Source of the DNA: Phycisphaerales bacterium
Lineage (GTDB): Bacteria; Planctomycetota; Phycisphaerae; Phycisphaerales; SM1A02
Direction: 5' to 3'
Assembly: GCA_013003065.1 (NCBI GenBank)
Contig: JABDLI010000179.1
Location: forward strand, 1 to 62,839
DNA: 62,839 bases
How positions within the stretch are numbered: position 1 is the stretch's first letter; each line of letters begins with the position of its first letter. Positions 41,927 through 50,826 of the stretch are shown piece after piece. The position numbers and the translations under genes are program-made. The notes beneath the pieces were generated by a model that made no database searches, was not told the origin of the DNA, and was given only the letters and a program-made list of their open reading frames with translations.

Positions 41927-43222
41927 ATGTTCACCGAAGAAGACCGCATCTCGTTTGCCCGCAGCGCGGGAGGCGGATCCGCCTCCCCGGGCGGGTCGCC
42001 CGTGTCCGAGCTTCAAGTCGAGCTGGATCGCCTGATCGACGGCCGCCAGGATCGGCTGATCCAGCTCCGGCGTCGTTTTCACGCGACCCCGGAGTCGTCC
42101 GGCGAAGAGCGGCAGACCAGCGCTCTCGTCGCCGAGACGTTGCGTGAACACGGATACGAGCCGCGGCTCGGCCCCGAAGGAATCGGGGTGACGGCCGAGC
42201 TCGACCTCGGAGCCGAACGCGACACGTTCATCGCCGTGCGATCGGAGCTCGACTGCGTCGACGTCAACGACGACAAGCAGGTGCCGTACGCCTCGACGCA
42301 GCCTGGTCGATGTCATGCCTGCGGACACGATGCCCACACGACGATCAACCTCGCGACCGCCTCGGTGCTGGCGGAAGCGCGGGCGCGTCTCGCGTCGTTG
42401 CCGTTCCGCCACAACCTCCGGTTCCTGTTTCAACCGGCGGAAGAGGCAGCCACCGGCGCGCGATCGATGATCAAGGACGGCGCGTTGAATGGCGTCGAAG
42501 CCATCATCGCCCTGCATGTCGATCCCACGCTCGAGACCGGCCATGTGGGCGTACGGAACGGGGCGTTGACGAGTGCGTGCAAGCTCTTCGAGGTGACGGT
42601 GCGGGGTCGCAGCGGCCACACCGCCCGTCCGTTCGAGGCGGTCGATCCGATCCCCGCTGCGACGAATCTGGTGAGCCTCTTCTACCAGCTTGCGCCACGC
42701 AGCATCGACAGTCGCTACCCGCTCGCGTTGACCGTGGCGTCGATCCACACCGGGATGGCTCGGAATGCGATTCCCGACGCCGCCACCATCTTCGGGACCC
42801 TCCGGGCCGCTCGGGTCGAGGAGCTGGAGGCGGTCCAGAAACGCATGCACGCCGTCGCGGAGGGCATGGAGCGGGCGACGGGGTGCGACATCGACCTCGA
42901 CTTCCACCACGCCTGTCCGGCGACACGCAACGACGAGATCGTCACCCGCCGCTTCGCCGCCGTGGCGGCCGATCGGCTGGGCGTCGATCGCGTGCAATGG
43001 CTCGAGGTGCCGAGCCTGGGCGGGGAGGACTTTGCCTTCTACCAGGAGCTGGTGCCCGGCTCGATCATCCGGCTCGGCGCCGCCATGCCGGACGCCCGGG
43101 CCCGCCGCCCGCTGCACTCCAGCCTGTTCGACATCGACGAAGGGGCGTTGACCGTGGGGGCGAAGGTGTTGACCGCCGCGTCACTCGATCTCGCCGCCGA
43201 GTACATCGGATCGCACGCTTGA
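41927..43222 (+). CDS. M20 family amidohydrolase (N-acyl-amino-acid / hippurate hydrolase-like)
   Basis: LRRRFHATPESSGEERQTS...HACGHDAHT...FQPAEE...GHTARP are M20D hallmarks. Confidence 0.84.
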   Translation: MFTEEDRISFARSAGGGSASPGGSPVSELQVELDRLIDGRQDRLIQLRRRFHATPESSGEERQTSALVAETLREHGYEPRLGPEGIGVTAELDLGAERDTFIAVRSELDCVDVNDDKQVPYASTQPGRCHACGHDAHTTINLATASVLAEARARLASLPFRHNLRFLFQPAEEAATGARSMIKDGALNGVEAIIALHVDPTLETGHVGVRNGALTSACKLFEVTVRGRSGHTARPFEAVDPIPAATNLVSLFYQLAPRSIDSRYPLALTVASIHTGMARNAIPDAATIFGTLRAARVEELEAVQKRMHAVAEGMERATGCDIDLDFHHACPATRNDEIVTRRFAAVAADRLGVDRVQWLEVPSLGGEDFAFYQELVPGSIIRLGAAMPDARARRPLHSSLFDIDEGALTVGAKVLTAASLDLAAEYIGSHA

Positions 43223-43241
43223 GAACCGCCGAGGGGCCTCG

Positions 43242-44396
43242 ATGCCGTATCTCTTCACGGGAAACGATCGCCACACGCTGGGTGTCGAGATCGAGCTGCA
43301 GCTCGTCGATGCCGAGACTCTCGCGCTGACGAACTCGATCCAGCCGTTTCTCGAAAGCGTGCCCGAGCATTGGCAGCCGTTCTTCAAGCCGGAGTTCATG
43401 CAGTCGTACTGCGAGATCAACACCGCGGTCTGTGAATCGGTCAAGGATGTCGAGCGTGACCTGACCGCGAAGCTCCAGTGGGCGAACGACGAAGCGGCCC
43501 GCATGGGTCTGCGTCTGTTGTGGAGCGGCGCACATCCTTTCAGCCGGTGGGAAGAGCAGCACATCAGCCCCGGCGATCGCTACGCGTGGCTCATGGAGAC
43601 GATGCAGTACGTCGCGCGGCGTCTGGTGGTCTTCGGGCTCCACGTGCACGTCGGTGTCGATTCCGGCGACAAGGCGATCCAGATGTGCGATCGTCTGCTG
43701 CGTCACCTGCCGACGCTGCTCGCGCTCTCCGCCAACAGCCCCATGTGGTGCGGCCGCGACACCGGGATGGAGTCGTACCGCTCCAAGATCATGGAAGCGT
43801 TGCCGACGGCCGGGTTGCCGCCGATGCTCCGGAACTGGTCGGAGTACGTCTGGCTGATCGATCACCTGGCCGAGACCGGTTTCATCCAGTCGATTCGCGA
43901 GATCTGGTGGGACGTGCGGCCGCACGCGAGCTTCGGCACGGTCGAGATCCGCATCATGGACCAACCGCTGTGCATGCGGCACTTGCTCGGCCTCGTCGCC
44001 CTGACCCAGTCGCTCGTGGCCGGGATCTCCGAGGACATCGACAAGGGCGCTTATCTCTACGACAGCCACCCGATGATCGCCAAGCAGAACAAATGGCACG
44101 CCGCCCGCTGGGGGATGGACGCGAGCTTCGTGGACTTCGACACCATGTCGGCGGTGCCCGCCCGCCAGGTCGCCCGCCGGCTGATCGAGCGATGCCGGAT
44201 CCACGCCGAGCGGCTTGGTTGCCTGGAGGAGCTGGGTTATCTCGACGATATACTGAGGAATGGAACCGGAGCCGATCGGCAACGCCGGGTCCTCCGGGAG
44301 TCGGGGCAGATGGGCGACGTCGTGCGGTACCTGCTCGAGCAGTCGAGCGGGAGCGGGACGGCGGAGCCTGTCGACGAACGGAGCTTGCAATCATGA
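43242..44396 (+). CDS. carboxylate-amine ligase, glutamate--cysteine ligase family 2 (YbdK-like)
   Basis: LGVEIELQLVD...HVHVGV...WWDVRPH..FGTVEIRIMD are GCS2 hallmarks. Confidence 0.85.
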   Translation: MPYLFTGNDRHTLGVEIELQLVDAETLALTNSIQPFLESVPEHWQPFFKPEFMQSYCEINTAVCESVKDVERDLTAKLQWANDEAARMGLRLLWSGAHPFSRWEEQHISPGDRYAWLMETMQYVARRLVVFGLHVHVGVDSGDKAIQMCDRLLRHLPTLLALSANSPMWCGRDTGMESYRSKIMEALPTAGLPPMLRNWSEYVWLIDHLAETGFIQSIREIWWDVRPHASFGTVEIRIMDQPLCMRHLLGLVALTQSLVAGISEDIDKGAYLYDSHPMIAKQNKWHAARWGMDASFVDFDTMSAVPARQVARRLIERCRIHAERLGCLEELGYLDDILRNGTGADRQRRVLRESGQMGDVVRYLLEQSSGSGTAEPVDERSLQS

Positions 44397-44719
44397 GCGA
44401 GCGTGACATCAGGCAGGAACGGGAGCCCGAGGGTGGGACCGCGGTTCTCGAGCGACCCCAGGAGACGCCGGTCAAGCTCGACCGAATGCCCCCCTGGAAG
44501 GTCCTGCTGCACAACGACGAGGTGAACGAGATGGGCGACGTCGTCGCCGCCATCCTCGATCTCACCCCGTTGCGGCGGGGCGAGGCCGTGCAGCGGATGC
44601 TCGAGGCCCACACCCGAGGGTGTGCGTTGCTGCTGTGCACCCACCGCGAGCACGCCGAGCTGCTCGTCGAGCAGTTTGCGACCAAGCGGATGACGATCAC
44701 GATCGAAGCGGACGCCTGA
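44393..44719 (+). CDS. clpS: ATP-dependent Clp protease adaptor ClpS
   Basis: PPWKVLLHNDEVNEMGDVV...AHTRGCALLLCTHREHAE is typical ClpS. ATG 44393 overlaps the ybdK-like stop (ATGA). Confidence 0.88.
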   Translation: MSERDIRQEREPEGGTAVLERPQETPVKLDRMPPWKVLLHNDEVNEMGDVVAAILDLTPLRRGEAVQRMLEAHTRGCALLLCTHREHAELLVEQFATKRMTITIEADA

Positions 44720-44757
44720 AGCCGGCCGAGGTTCGCGTGGCGGGCCGGGGGGACGGC

Positions 44758-44763
44758 TACAAT
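44758..44763 (+). promoter_or_regulatory. -10 TACAAT 6 nt upstream of GTG 44770 (leaderless candidate for der)
   Basis: GGCTACAAT-CCGCCC-GTG. Confidence 0.35.
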
Positions 44764-44769
44764 CCGCCC

Positions 44770-46206
44770 GTGCCCCTTCCGCAAATTGCCATCGTCGGAC
44801 GGCCCAACGTGGGCAAGTCCAGCTTGCTCAACCGGCTCGCGCGGCGACGGGTGTCGATCGTCGACCCCACCCCCGGCGTGACACGCGATCGGGTGTCCGT
44901 GGTCATCGAGGTCGACCCGCCGGCGGAGTGGCCGGGCGATCCGGCCCCGCGATACGCGGAGCTCGTCGACACCGGCGGCTACGGCGTCTACACCGCGGAC
45001 GGGAAACGCTACGACGACGCGGGAGCCGATCTCTCGATGCTCACCGACGACATCGAGTCGCAGATCCACGTCGCGCGGGAGCAGGCCGAGGTCATCCTCT
45101 TCGTCATCGACGCCCAGGTCGGTCTGACCGCGCTCGACGAACAGATCGCACGTCTGCTGCGTGAGAGCGGAAGCGGGGACAAGGTGATCGCCGTCGCCAA
45201 CAAGGTGGACGGGGAATCATGGGAAGCCCACGGGCTCGAGGTTGCGACGCTGGCGTTGGGGGCCGGCATCTGCGTTTCGGCGTCCAACGGGTATGGGATC
45301 CGCGGGCTGCTCGCCGCCCTGTACGAGGCGATCGAAGGCCTCCCGCCGGCCGAGACGACCGAGCCGGAGCTGCGGCTGGCGATCGTGGGCAAACGCAACG
45401 CGGGCAAGAGCACGCTGATCAACGCGCTCGCCGGCGAAGATCGGGTGATCGTCAGCGAGATCGCCGGCACCACCCGCGACTCGGTCGATGTCCGATTCGA
45501 GGTCGAGGGTCGCAGCCTGATCGCGATCGACACCGCCGGCGTCCGCAAACGCAAGAGCTTCGCCGACGACGTCGAGTACTACGCCTACCACCGGATGCTC
45601 CAGGCGATCCGGCGGGCGGATGTCGTCGCGTTGCTCGTGGACGCCACCGAAGAGATCTCGCAGGTGGACAAGAAGCTCACGCAGGAGCTCCAGCGTCAGT
45701 TCAAGCCGACGGTCATCGTCGTCAACAAGTGCGACCGGCTCGCCGAGACGAGCGTCACGCCGGAGGACTACCACCAGTACCTGCTCGAGCAGCTCCGCGG
45801 TCTCGACTTTGCGCCCGTGGTCTTCATCAGCGCGCACGAAGGCGACGGGCTCCGGGACGTCGTGGCGTTGGCGTTCAACGTCCACGCGCAGGCTTCTCAC
45901 CGCGTCGGCACGGGGGAGCTGAATCGCCTCTTGAAGGCGATCTTCGCGGCGCGGGGTCCGTCCCCGCGTCTGGGGCTCGAGGCGAAGCTGTACTACGCGA
46001 ACCAGGTGGATGTCTGCCCGCCCACGATCGTGTGCATGGTCAATCGGCCGGATCTCTTCTCAGCGGGATACCAGCGGTATCTCATGAACCGACTGCGTGA
46101 GGAGCTGCCCTTCAGCGAGGTGCCGATCCGGCTCGTCTTCTCCGCCCGCGAACGCATGTCGGTGGGGGAGATGAAGCACCGCGGGAAGACCCGCGAATCC
46201 GGGTAG
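44770..46206 (+). CDS. der: ribosome biogenesis GTPase Der (EngA)
   Basis: It has two tandem G domains (GRPNVGKSSL; GKRNAGKSTL) and a KH-like C-terminus. The start was set at GTG 44770 inside track ORF 44620..46206. Confidence 0.9.
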   Translation: MPLPQIAIVGRPNVGKSSLLNRLARRRVSIVDPTPGVTRDRVSVVIEVDPPAEWPGDPAPRYAELVDTGGYGVYTADGKRYDDAGADLSMLTDDIESQIHVAREQAEVILFVIDAQVGLTALDEQIARLLRESGSGDKVIAVANKVDGESWEAHGLEVATLALGAGICVSASNGYGIRGLLAALYEAIEGLPPAETTEPELRLAIVGKRNAGKSTLINALAGEDRVIVSEIAGTTRDSVDVRFEVEGRSLIAIDTAGVRKRKSFADDVEYYAYHRMLQAIRRADVVALLVDATEEISQVDKKLTQELQRQFKPTVIVVNKCDRLAETSVTPEDYHQYLLEQLRGLDFAPVVFISAHEGDGLRDVVALAFNVHAQASHRVGTGELNRLLKAIFAARGPSPRLGLEAKLYYANQVDVCPPTIVCMVNRPDLFSAGYQRYLMNRLREELPFSEVPIRLVFSARERMSVGEMKHRGKTRESG

Positions 46207-46397
46207 GGCAGCGTCGTCTCACGCGGCGTCCGTTCCCTGGTCGCCCGTGGCTGTGGTAGCATGCTCGGCACTCATCACACGTGGAGCCGCCGTTCGGTCA
46301 GGGGACGCCGGTCGTTGAAAACCCAAGCCTGACGACATGCCGGGTGGTTGATCCGCGGGACACCGTCTCCCGTGATCTGTGTGGTGAGTCCTTATCG

Positions 46398-47711
46398 ATG
46401 TCGATTTTTCCGCTTCCGGTGTTCGAGGCCGACGCCGACCCGCATCATCGCTCCGCGTTGACCGACGAGGAGATCTACGCCCAGCTTGCTCCGCCGACCA
46501 CCATCGTGGTGCGGTTCGGGGCGATGAAGCTGGTCGGCGAGTTCCGCTACAGCGGTGACGCGAAGCCGGGATGCGGCACGAAGCTGGTCGTGCGCACGCA
46601 CCGAGGCACCGAGCTTGCGGAGATGCTCACCACCACCTGCGAGAACGCGGGATGCAGCAAATCCGTCACGCGCAAGGAGCTGCTCGGATACGTCGAGAAC
46701 TCCGGTGGCCGCGACTTTCCCTTCCACGGCAAGGGGCGGGTGCTCCGGGTCGCGACCGTCGAGGACCTCAACCGGCACTCCGCCCTGCAGTCGGACAAGC
46801 CGAAACAGATTCGCGTCTGCCGGGAATTGATCACGGAGCTCGGGCTGGACATGAAGCTCGTGGAGGTCGAGCCCATCCTCGGCGGCGAGCTGTTGACCTT
46901 CTACTACATGGCCGAGGAACGCGTCGATTTTCGCGAGCTCGTGCGGCGGCTCGCCGCGGAGTTTCGCGCCCGCATCGAGATGCGGCAGGTCGGCGCGCGG
47001 GACGAGGCACGTCTCGTCGCCGACTACGAGCGGTGCGGGCAGTACTGCTGCTGCAAGAACTTCCTGAAGGTGCTCAAGCCGGTCTCGATGAAGTCGGCGA
47101 AGGTGCAGAAGGCCACGCTCGATCCCCTGAAGATTTCCGGCCGATGCGGCCGGCTCATGTGCTGCCTGCGGTACGAGGATCAGACCTACAAGGAGCTGCG
47201 CGCCAAGCTTCCCCGCAAGAACACGCGGGTCGGCACGAGCGAAGGACCGGGCGTCGTGGTGGACACCAAGACGCTCGTCCAGCTTGCGCTCGTGCGGCTG
47301 GAGCACGATCGCCGCGAGATCGCCGTCCCGATCGAGGAGCTCATGGACCCGGAGACCTGCCCGCGTCCGGGCGAGCGGGTCGAGGAGCCGCTTCCCGACC
47401 CCCTGCGGGGCATGCCGCCGGAGCGGGTGCGTGAGAAGTCGGGCGACGGGCTCGCACCGGATGAGCGTCGGAAGAAACGCCGGCGTCGCCGCCGTAAACG
47501 CAAGGGCGAGGGAAGCCCGGGCGCAACGGAGAGCGGTCCGACCGGTCCGACGTCGGCGGCGTCCTCCGACGAGAAGTCGGACACACCAAAGCGGAAACGT
47601 CGCCGCCGGGGCGGACGCCGCGGCAAACGGCGTGGTGGCGGTGGTGGTGGTGGCGACGGTCCCGGTGGTGGCGGCGACGCTGGCGGCGGGGGCGGGGGTG
47701 AGACCGGCTGA
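46398..47711 (+). CDS. PSP1 domain protein (RicT/YaaT-like) with basic Gly-rich tail
   Basis: PSP1 C-terminal region with conserved Cys (CGQYCCCKNFL...GRCGRLMCCLRYED). The tail is rich in K/R/G. The start is uncertain (ATG 46398 or GTG 46281). Confidence 0.78.
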   Translation: MSIFPLPVFEADADPHHRSALTDEEIYAQLAPPTTIVVRFGAMKLVGEFRYSGDAKPGCGTKLVVRTHRGTELAEMLTTTCENAGCSKSVTRKELLGYVENSGGRDFPFHGKGRVLRVATVEDLNRHSALQSDKPKQIRVCRELITELGLDMKLVEVEPILGGELLTFYYMAEERVDFRELVRRLAAEFRARIEMRQVGARDEARLVADYERCGQYCCCKNFLKVLKPVSMKSAKVQKATLDPLKISGRCGRLMCCLRYEDQTYKELRAKLPRKNTRVGTSEGPGVVVDTKTLVQLALVRLEHDRREIAVPIEELMDPETCPRPGERVEEPLPDPLRGMPPERVREKSGDGLAPDERRKKRRRRRRKRKGEGSPGATESGPTGPTSAASSDEKSDTPKRKRRRRGGRRGKRRGGGGGGGDGPGGGGDAGGGGGGETG

Positions 47712-47755
47712 CGAGACCCCGCGCCTGGCCTCGGACGAACCACTACCATCCCCTC

Positions 47756-49378
47756 ATGCCGCCCACGTCATCCGCCGCTGCTGCTGCATCGCAGCCGCGT
47801 GAACACACCGTCATCGAGTCGCTGCAGTCGCTCATCGTCGCGTTCGTGCTGGCGATGACGTTCCGCGGGTTCGTCACCGAGGGGTTCGTCATTCCCACCG
47901 GCTCGATGGCCCCCACTCTGCTCGGCCAGCACAAACGCCTGCGGTCGGAGCAGACCGGATGGGAGTACGCGGTCGGAATCGACCCGCGTCGTCCGGACAC
48001 GACCCTCGAAGGCATCTCCGACCCCATGCTCGGGCCGGAGTTCGTGGGCTCCGGCACGCCAAAGCGGAACGCCCGGACCCGGATGGGCGATCGCATCCTC
48101 GTCCTGAAGAGCCTGTACCCGTTCTCCGCCCCGCATCGGTACGACGTCGTGGTCTTCAAGAACCCGACCAATCCGAACGGCGAGGACGGCAACTACATCA
48201 AGCGGCTGATCGGTCTCCCGAGCGAGTCCATCTGGCTGGTCGACGGCGACGTCTTCGCCGCCCCCGCCGACTCGGCAGAAGACGACACCCGGTACGCGAT
48301 CCAGCGCAAGCCCGAGCATGTGCAGCGGGCGGTCTGGCGACGGGTGACCTCAAGCGACTTCTTCCCCCGCGAGCCCGAACGGCTCGACGCGTACTACCGC
48401 GGCGTGCCCTGGCAGGGCGCGCGGTGGGACACGGGCCCGCAGCCCACGTACCGGTGTGACACCGCAGACCCCACGGTGCTCGAATGGGACATTCGCGCCC
48501 GCGTGATCGACGACTGGACGCCCTACAACATGCTCGTTCACCGCGCCCACGGGCCACAACGCGTGCCGGTCGGGGATGTGCGGATCACCGGAGCCGTCGT
48601 GCCGGACCAGACGGGGCTCGACACCCGGTTCGAGCTGCGGACACGGAACCATGTCTTCCAGTATCGCGTCGGGAACGGCATCGCCGAGGTGCGGTACCGC
48701 TCGAACGCCTACGACGGCACGGGACCCGAGGAAGGCTGGCTCGGGCCCGGCCCGATCGAGATCGATCCGCTGCCGGCCGGACGGCCGACCGCGCTGGAGT
48801 TCTGGCACGTCGACCAGGCCATGGCGTTGTACGTCGACGGCGAACGCGTCACCGAGCTCACCTACGACTGGAGTCCGCAGGTACGCCTCGAGCATGCGAC
48901 CGGACAGATGGATGACGCGGCGACGCTCGTCGGCCTGCCGGCGGCAACCGTCACGGAGATCAGGTGGCGTTTCAGTGGTTCTCCGTTGTCGCTGAATCAC
49001 GTCAACGTCGATCGCGATCTGTTCTACCGCGTCGATCGGCTGAACGAGCACGCGCGACGCAACCCGACCAATCCCGGATTCGAGTCGATGGTGGCGAGCC
49101 GGACGTGGGCACGGGGGACCCATCCGGACGCTCGCGCCGTGCTCGGACCCGACCACTTCTTCATGGCCGGTGACAACAGCACGGCATCGAGCGACTCGCG
49201 GCTGTGGGGGAATCCGCATCCGCTGGTCGCAACGCAGATCGACCAGACGCCGTTCTACGTGCACCGGAAGCTGATGCTCGGCAAAGCGTGGGTTGTCTAT
49301 TTCCCGGCGCCCTATTCGGCCGTCGACGACGGGCGCGCGTTCATCCCCGACTTCGGTCGGTTGCGATTCATTCGCTGA
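47756..49378 (+). CDS. lepB: signal peptidase I (long form)
   Basis: S26 boxes are present: IPTGSMAPTLLG, GDRILV, KRLIGLPSE and GDNSTASSDSRLWG. A large insertion lies between boxes D and E. Confidence 0.85.
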   Translation: MPPTSSAAAAASQPREHTVIESLQSLIVAFVLAMTFRGFVTEGFVIPTGSMAPTLLGQHKRLRSEQTGWEYAVGIDPRRPDTTLEGISDPMLGPEFVGSGTPKRNARTRMGDRILVLKSLYPFSAPHRYDVVVFKNPTNPNGEDGNYIKRLIGLPSESIWLVDGDVFAAPADSAEDDTRYAIQRKPEHVQRAVWRRVTSSDFFPREPERLDAYYRGVPWQGARWDTGPQPTYRCDTADPTVLEWDIRARVIDDWTPYNMLVHRAHGPQRVPVGDVRITGAVVPDQTGLDTRFELRTRNHVFQYRVGNGIAEVRYRSNAYDGTGPEEGWLGPGPIEIDPLPAGRPTALEFWHVDQAMALYVDGERVTELTYDWSPQVRLEHATGQMDDAATLVGLPAATVTEIRWRFSGSPLSLNHVNVDRDLFYRVDRLNEHARRNPTNPGFESMVASRTWARGTHPDARAVLGPDHFFMAGDNSTASSDSRLWGNPHPLVATQIDQTPFYVHRKLMLGKAWVVYFPAPYSAVDDGRAFIPDFGRLRFIR

Positions 49379-50348
49379 GCGGCGCGCCGAGGCCGGGCGC
49401 GGGAAAACGCGGCGCCCGATCTTCGAGCACCGCGACCACATCCCGAACGACCCAGCTCATCGATTCCAACGCCGTCGCCGTGCGGGCGGCGAGGTGTGGA
49501 TACAGCCAGGCGTTCGGGGTCGCGAGCAGCGGATTGTCGGCGGCGATCGGTTCCGGCTCGTGCACATCGAGGTGGGCCTGTGCGTTCGTGTGGCCTTCGA
49601 GGAACTCTGCCAACGCGACGTTATCCACAACGAATCCCCGGCTCGTGTTCACCAGGATCACATTGTCTTTCATGCAATTGAGAAGCGAGGTGCTCACGAA
49701 ATCACGGTTCGAGGCACGGCCATCCACATGGATGCTGACCACGTCCGAGGATGCGAACAGCGTCCGGGCATCGACCGACCGGGCGCTCCCGCGTGCCTCG
49801 GGCGGGATCTCCCGGAGGTCGCAGTAACAGGTCTCGAAGCCGATTGACCGGGCGACCCGGAGCAGACGGCGGCCGATGCGGCCACAGCCCAGAACGCCGA
49901 AAACCAGCGTGTCCATCTGCCGGGCGGCCAACGCCGGAGCCCGCAAGGCGGCCCATTGCGTGTGATCGAGGGACGCCTGCACCCGCGTGCGGGGCCGCAG
50001 TGCGTCCGCGACGATGGTCATGGTGTATTCCACCACGGCTTGGGTGTTGGCCTCCGGGGCATACACGACCTCGACGCCCCGCGTGCGGCACGCCGTGACA
50101 TCGACGTTGTCGAGCCCGACGCCGGCGCGGCCCACGACCCGCAGCTGCAGAGCGCGATCGAGCACCTCCCGGTCAACCCGCGTGTGCGTTCTCAGGACGA
50201 GGCCGTCCGCTTCTATCGCCCCCCGGGGCGGCAGTGGCCCCTCACGCGTGTCGACGTGTCGGCCCAGCCAATCGCACGCTGCCGGGGCGATCGGTTCGCA
50301 CACGAGAACTCGAGGACGCCGCGTCACGACACGCATGCTCCCACGCAT
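49368..50348 (-). CDS. D-isomer-specific 2-hydroxyacid dehydrogenase family protein
   Basis: NAD-binding GVLGCGRIGRRL and catalytic-domain layout (RAGVGLDNVD...NTSRG...LDVHEPEP) are present. Confidence 0.8.
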   Translation of the reverse strand: MRGSMRVVTRRPRVLVCEPIAPAACDWLGRHVDTREGPLPPRGAIEADGLVLRTHTRVDREVLDRALQLRVVGRAGVGLDNVDVTACRTRGVEVVYAPEANTQAVVEYTMTIVADALRPRTRVQASLDHTQWAALRAPALAARQMDTLVFGVLGCGRIGRRLLRVARSIGFETCYCDLREIPPEARGSARSVDARTLFASSDVVSIHVDGRASNRDFVSTSLLNCMKDNVILVNTSRGFVVDNVALAEFLEGHTNAQAHLDVHEPEPIAADNPLLATPNAWLYPHLAARTATALESMSWVVRDVVAVLEDRAPRFPAPGLGAPLSE

Positions 50349-50412
50349 CTGTCCACAAAGGACGTCGTCGATCGGAGAGCATCGGCGCGCGAGCGACTAG
50401 GGAAAGATCCCA

Positions 50413-50440
50413 TTGACACGATTTGGTCGAGGAGTAAATT
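50413..50440 (+). promoter_or_regulatory. sigma70-like promoter TTGACA-N16-TAAATT for the HU gene
   Basis: A perfect -35 lies at 50413-50418 and a -10-like box at 50435-50440 in a locally AT-richer patch. There is a ~90-nt leader with GGAG 9 nt before ATG 50536. Confidence 0.5.
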
Positions 50441-50535
50441 CGCGCCGCTCGTCATCGGAGCAATCCCCACCAACCCGCCCGACTCGTCTTTCGCGGGACG
50501 CCGACGGCCCAGCTCAAGTGGAATGGAGTCTGCGT

Positions 50536-50826
50536 ATGAACAAGGGCCAACTGATCGAGGTGGTGGCATCGGAGCAGGGTATCTCGAAGGCAGCGGCAGC
50601 GCGAGCGGTCGAAGCGGTCTTCAACGCCGTGGTCACCGGGCTGAAGGGCGACGGCTCCGTCACGCTTGCCGGCTTCGGCTCGTTCGCCACCAAGGACCGC
50701 GCCGCCCGGCCCGTACGCAACCCGTCGACCGGACTCCTGATGACGATCGAGCCCTCCGTGACCGTCCGCTTCCGCCCCAGTCAGGCGTTGAAGGACGGGT
50801 TGATGCCGCAACTCACCGGGCAATGA
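50536..50826 (+). CDS. HU family DNA-binding protein
   Basis: MNKGQLIEVVA...GFGSFATKDRAARPVRNPSTG is canonical HU/IHF. Confidence 0.9.
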   Translation: MNKGQLIEVVASEQGISKAAAARAVEAVFNAVVTGLKGDGSVTLAGFGSFATKDRAARPVRNPSTGLLMTIEPSVTVRFRPSQALKDGLMPQLTGQ

